Shown here: positions 40,209-44,229 of the stretch, piece by piece
Numbering within the stretch: the stretch's first letter is position 1
Layout: every line of letters begins with the position of its first letter
Assembly: GCA_009886115.1 (NCBI GenBank)
Contig: VFJJ01000014.1
Coordinates: forward strand, 1 to 44,229
Direction: 5' to 3'
DNA from: Actinomycetota bacterium
GTDB lineage: Bacteria > Actinomycetota > Acidimicrobiia > IMCC26256 > VFJJ01
DNA: 44,229 bases
Translations under genes and position numbers: made by a program
The notes under the pieces: generated by a model
Told to the model about the DNA's origin: nothing
The model's database searches: none
The model's input: the letters and a program-made list of their open reading frames with translations, nothing else

Positions 40209-40307
40209 GCGACGGGGACGTTAACCGCTCGCCGGGGCCGCGCGAACGTCCGAGGCTCCGAGCCTCATCGTGCGGCGCGCGACGACCTCGCCGGTAGAGT
40301 GGAAGCC

Positions 40308-40967
40308 ATGCACGTGGTCGTCGTCGGCTGTGGACGGGTCGGGTCGGAGTTGGCTGTGGCGCTCGAGCGCGACGGCAACACGGTCGCGGTCATCGACAAG
40401 AACCGCCAGACCCTCCTCCGCTTGCCCGAGCGCTTCTCGGGACGGGCGATCCTGGGTTTCGGGTTCGACCGCGACCATCTCGAGCAGGCCGGGATCAAGG
40501 AGGCCGGGGCGTTGGCCGCCGTCACGAGCGGTGACAACACGAACATCCTCACGGCCCGGATCGCCCGCGAGAGCTACGGCATCGAGAACGTGGTCGCGCG
40601 CATCTACGATCCCCGTCGGGCCGTCATCTACCAGCGCCTGGGGATCCCCACCGTGGCCAGCGTGGCCTGGACGACCGATCAGGCGCTGCGCAAGCTCACA
40701 CCCGAGAAGTCGGTGGTCGAGTGGTCCGATCCGACCGGGGGCATCGACCTCATCGAACGGATGCTGCCCGAGCGTTGGGCCGGCAAGAAGCTCGTCGATC
40801 TCGACGGCGGCGACCGGTTCCACGTCGTCTCGATCGTTCGGGCCGGCCGATCCCGGTTGTTCGCTCCCGAGTTGGTGGGCCAGGAGGGCGACGTGCTCCA
40901 CATCGCCGTCATGCGGGAATCGTCCGACCTGCTCGAGTCGCGCCTGCTCGCCGGGCCCGATCACTGA
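40308..40967 (+). CDS. trkA: TrkA-family potassium uptake RCK protein (CeoB-like)
   Basis: VVVGCGRVG, AVTSGDNTNI, VVARIYDPRRA; ATG 7 nt after TAGAGT. Confidence 0.93.
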   Translation: MHVVVVGCGRVGSELAVALERDGNTVAVIDKNRQTLLRLPERFSGRAILGFGFDRDHLEQAGIKEAGALAAVTSGDNTNILTARIARESYGIENVVARIYDPRRAVIYQRLGIPTVASVAWTTDQALRKLTPEKSVVEWSDPTGGIDLIERMLPERWAGKKLVDLDGGDRFHVVSIVRAGRSRLFAPELVGQEGDVLHIAVMRESSDLLESRLLAGPDH

Positions 40968-41047
40968 GATCGCGTGTCACCGGCCGAACGGGTACGTCCA
41001 CGGGCCGTCCGAGCACCACACAGCACCGTTCGAGAAAGCAGGAGCAC

Positions 41048-41701
41048 ATGCGGGTGGCCATCGCCGGGGCGGGCAACGTCGGGACGTTCATCGCCCGTGA
41101 CCTCAAGGCCAACGGGCACGACGTCCTCATCATCGAGCAGGACCTCGACCTCGTCGCCAAGCTGAGCCCGACCCTCGATGTCGAGTGGCTCTGCGCCGAC
41201 GCCTGCGAGGTGTCGGCGCTGCACGACGCGCACCTCGAGAACGTCGACGTCGTGGTCGCTGCCACAGGAGACGACGAGGACAACCTGGTCGTGTCGCTGC
41301 TGGCGAAGCAGGAGTTCGCGGTGCAGCGCGTGGTGGCCCGGGTGAACCATCCCCAGAACGAGTGGCTGTTCAACGAGACCTGGGGTGTCGACCACGCGGT
41401 CTCGACCCCGCACATCCTCACCGCCCTGGTGGAAGAGGCCGTTGCCGTCGGGTCGCTCGTGCGGCTGCTCAACTTCGCCGACGCCCGCCTCGTCGAGGTG
41501 CGGCTCGCTCCCGACTCTCCGGCCGCGGGCAAGGACGTCGTCGAGCTCCAGGTTCCCCGCGACGCCACGGTGGTCGCCGTGGTGCGCGACCGTCACGTCA
41601 TCGTGCCCCGAGGCGAGACCGTCTTCGAGGTCGGCGACGAGGTGCTGCTCCTCGTCACCATGGACGCCGAGGACTCGGTCCGCGGCCTCTTCATCAAGTA
41701 G
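41048..41701 (+). CDS. trkA: TrkA-family potassium uptake RCK protein (CeoC-like)
   Basis: IAGAGNVG, AATGDDEDNLV, NEWLFNETWGVD, TrkA_C domain; AGGAG RBS. Confidence 0.93.
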   Translation: MRVAIAGAGNVGTFIARDLKANGHDVLIIEQDLDLVAKLSPTLDVEWLCADACEVSALHDAHLENVDVVVAATGDDEDNLVVSLLAKQEFAVQRVVARVNHPQNEWLFNETWGVDHAVSTPHILTALVEEAVAVGSLVRLLNFADARLVEVRLAPDSPAAGKDVVELQVPRDATVVAVVRDRHVIVPRGETVFEVGDEVLLLVTMDAEDSVRGLFIK

Positions 41702-41710
41702 CGACGCCCG

Positions 41711-41779
41711 GTCAACGGCCTGGGTCAACCACCCGACGTCAACGACCCGGCGTCAACGACCCGGTGTCAAGGACCCGGC
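41711..41779. repeat. 14-bp tandem repeat x5 (consensus GTCAACGACCCGGC)
   Basis: Units start at 41711, 41724, 41738, 41752 and 41766, between convergent genes. Confidence 0.85.
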
Positions 41780-41795
41780 GACGACGGGCCGCCGG

Positions 41796-42155
41796 TCAGA
41801 GCAGCTCGTAGCGCGGGTTGAGGATCTCGAGGCGCCCGTTGGGACCCGTCGGCGCGCCGCGCCCAGCGATCACGAGCCGTTTGCCGGGCGCCACGCCCGC
41901 GATGCGCCGCCGGCCCGTCCACACGGCGGTGAGGTAGCCGGTCCCGTCGGTGATGGTGGCCTGGAGCGTCGGCGAGCCGGCCCGGGGCACGATGCGCAGG
42001 GTGCTGATCTCGCCCACGATCGTGGCTTCCGATCGGGCGAGCACCTCCCCGATCGGGGTGGTGTGGGGCGTGCCGGCACAGAACTCGCGCAGCCGGGCGA
42101 GATCTTCATCGACGACCGAGGTCGCGAGCTTCTTGAACACCTTCCGCAACGCCAT
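41796..42155 (-). CDS. OB-fold nucleic-acid-binding protein (Rv2694c-like)
   Basis: LQATITDGTG.LTAVWTGRRRIAGV.PG...ILNPRYEL; usual neighbour of ceoBC. Confidence 0.88.
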   Translation of the reverse strand: MALRKVFKKLATSVVDEDLARLREFCAGTPHTTPIGEVLARSEATIVGEISTLRIVPRAGSPTLQATITDGTGYLTAVWTGRRRIAGVAPGKRLVIAGRGAPTGPNGRLEILNPRYELL

Positions 42156-42238
42156 CGCAGCCTCGGTCCCTTCCGTGCTCAGCGGGCTCGGGTTCGGCTC
42201 GACTGCCGTCCCGGCTCGGCCGGAGTGGAGTCTGCCCG

Positions 42239-43612
42239 TCAGGACGTGCCGCGGTCCAACATTCGTCGAGCCTCGTCGAGCCCGATGCCCGGCGCGAACA
42301 GCGGGCTCCGCGACGGCTTGACCCGGGTGCTCAAGCCCGCGAGCACGTCGAGACCGAGCGCGCCCACGGCCACGGCGAGCGCCGCGTCGAACGAGATCGT
42401 GAAGACCGACAGGCCGATCACCGTTGCCGCAGCCAGCGCGCTGAGCATGACGGCCCGACGGGCGATGCCGACCGATCCCGGTGACGCGTTCGGTGTGAGC
42501 GAGTAGAGCCCGAGCAGGAGGGCGCCGATGGCCACCAGCGCCGCCAGCACCCCGATCGTGGCCCGGGCCACGTCGACCGCGACACCGGCACCGCTGCCCG
42601 CACCCGGGTCGTCGTCGTCGGAACCAGCCCCGAGCCCCAGGGGATCGTCGGCGGTGTCTTCGGGGCCGGTCGAGGTGGCACCGGCTGCGGTGGTCGTGGT
42701 CGTGGTCGTGGAGCCTCGTCCGACCGTGGTCGCCGTCGAGGGGGGAGCGGCCGATCGGGAGGTGGTGGTCTCGCTCGACCCTCCGGTGGTCGCGCCCGCG
42801 CCGCTCGAGGCGGTACTCACCGACGACGCCACCGTCGATGTCGTCGTCGAGGAGGTCGACATCGAGGTCGAGGTCGCCGGACGGGTCGTGGTGCTCACGC
42901 CAGCTCCCGCGGGCAGCTGATCAGGTGTCGGGAGCGGCGGTACGAGGGCCGTCGTCGCCGGGGTGACATCGACCGTGGGAAAGGCCCCGCCGGTCCACCA
43001 TTGGTTGAACCCGAAGTCGGGGGTGAGCAGCGAGTAGGTCGCCGACGGCAGCTCGGGCACCACGTAGCTCACGTCGTACACCCGCACCGTCTTGGCCACC
43101 GGCACCGTCGACGAGCACGAGGTGGGCGTGAGCGTCTCGCGCCCGGATCCGGCGGTGGACGTCGCCCGAGCGAGCCAGGGCCCGTCGAGGCGATCGCCGA
43201 TGGTGTACTGCGAGAGGTCGGCCGTCGTGCCGAAGTACAGGACGGGTCGCCAGTTGGTGATCGTCCGCGTGGTGGAGCGCCCGAGGACGTCGGCACACAC
43301 CTTCGACTCGGCGTCGGGACTGAACGGTGTCGGGCCGACGTAGGTCCAGGTCATGACCACGTGGAGCAGGTCACCAGCCGTGACCACGGCCGGGTCGGCC
43401 ACGACCGTGAGGGTCGTGCTGGCGGCGCCGTCGCTCCACGACACGGTACCCACCGACGGGATGCCGATGACGGCCACGGCGGCGTCGGCCGGGATGGTGG
43501 GGGCAGACGTGGTGGTCGTGGTCGTGGTCGCGACCGGTGCGATCTGGGCGTTCGCCGTGGCGCCCCCGAGGGTGAGGGCGGCGAAGGCGACGAAGGTGGC
43601 GCCCACGACCAC
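42239..43612 (-). CDS. Secreted, C-terminally membrane-anchored hypothetical protein
   Basis: Signal peptide ending ANA-Q, beta-rich domain with two Cys, long Thr/Ser linker, three C-terminal hydrophobic segments. Confidence 0.75.
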   Translation of the reverse strand: MVVGATFVAFAALTLGGATANAQIAPVATTTTTTTSAPTIPADAAVAVIGIPSVGTVSWSDGAASTTLTVVADPAVVTAGDLLHVVMTWTYVGPTPFSPDAESKVCADVLGRSTTRTITNWRPVLYFGTTADLSQYTIGDRLDGPWLARATSTAGSGRETLTPTSCSSTVPVAKTVRVYDVSYVVPELPSATYSLLTPDFGFNQWWTGGAFPTVDVTPATTALVPPLPTPDQLPAGAGVSTTTRPATSTSMSTSSTTTSTVASSVSTASSGAGATTGGSSETTTSRSAAPPSTATTVGRGSTTTTTTTAAGATSTGPEDTADDPLGLGAGSDDDDPGAGSGAGVAVDVARATIGVLAALVAIGALLLGLYSLTPNASPGSVGIARRAVMLSALAAATVIGLSVFTISFDAALAVAVGALGLDVLAGLSTRVKPSRSPLFAPGIGLDEARRMLDRGTS

Positions 43613-43885
43613 GGCGAGGGGTGCTGTCCAGCGGCGTCGAGGAGGAAGCGGTCGTGTGGCGATGTCGGCACTATCGGCCGCGACGCCCGACGGCTTGAAC
43701 GATGCGTCAGGATTCGTCCATGAATCGACCGATTCGTTCCCGGGCGTGCTTCGAGGGCATCAATCGGACATCGTTGCCGAAACAGGGACGTCGAGTCCGA
43801 TGCCTCTGAAGGTTGCTCGGCCGTCGCGCCGATGACCTTCACCGAACGATCTCGCCGCCCTCGTCATCCGATCGGAGCATCAGGC

Positions 43886-44229
43886 GTGCCAGCCCGGAAC
43901 CGAAGCACCCGGTCGTCGTCGGTTCGCCTCGATCGGGCGGGACGCGTACGGGGCGTGCCGTCGCTGGTGCCGTCGCTGGTGCTGTCGCTGTCGTTCGTGC
44001 TGTCGTTCCTGGTCACCGCCACGGTGCCGGGGATCGGATCGGCGCCGGCTGCGGGAGCTGCGCCCAGCCATCTCGGCGATCTCACCGGTCAGAGCCTCGC
44101 TCGGCCGATCGTGGGGATGGCGTCGTCGCCGTCGGGGTCGGGCTACTGGTTGGTGGCGTCCGATGGTGGGATCTTCGCGTACGGCGATGCCCGGTTCTTC
44201 GGGTCGACGGGGAATCTGCGGTTGAACCA
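43886..44229 (+). CDS. Partial secreted protein with [12 protein letters not shown] repeat (cut by window edge)
   Basis: My translation from GTG 43886 (GGAG upstream): leader, then [41 protein letters not shown]; missing from the ORF track because it has no stop. Confidence 0.85.
   Translation, partial: MPARNRSTRSSSVRLDRAGRVRGVPSLVPSLVLSLSFVLSFLVTATVPGIGSAPAAGAAPSHLGDLTGQSLARPIVGMASSPSGSGYWLVASDGGIFAYGDARFFGSTGNLRLN

Noticed and set aside
40209..40307. c-di-AMP (ydaO) riboswitch before the KimA-like genes
   Set aside because: The 99-bp gap has -10 candidates close to both starts, leaving no room.
43711..43735. Overlapping GATTC/GAATC palindromes in the divergent gap
   Set aside because: Arms of only 5-6 bp; cannot be told from chance without comparative data.

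Overview
High-GC window that looks like core chromosome of an actinobacterium, probably class Acidimicrobiia (inferred from gene content and the [12 protein letters not shown] repeat protein at the right edge). Left to right: an (ACAGGT)14 microsatellite and four LexA/SOS boxes; LysM gene, nrdR and class II RNR nrdJ with NrdR boxes; a YihY-like remnant and an 81-aa internally repeated protein; ctaA and an NlpC/P60 peptidase; a glgP-glgB-GH57 glycogen operon; an epimerase and two membrane proteins; rlmD-like, thiN, F420 LLM, purE, purK; a GH26 lipoprotein; typA; a DUF35/thiolase/FadE31-FadE32-like/CoA-ligase operon ending in a LOG-NUDIX fusion; an orphan CCCH zinc-finger protein; a PaaX-like regulator opposite a desaturase; two tandem KimA-like permeases opposite two TrkA genes; an OB-fold gene; and two secreted proteins. 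I saw no CRISPR array, prophage, transposase, tRNA or rRNA, and no clearly new multi-gene system. The best leads are the LOG-NUDIX fusion, the microsatellite in a probable lexA leader, the zinc-finger orphan and the diverged KimA pair. All family calls are from motif recognition by eye, with no database search.
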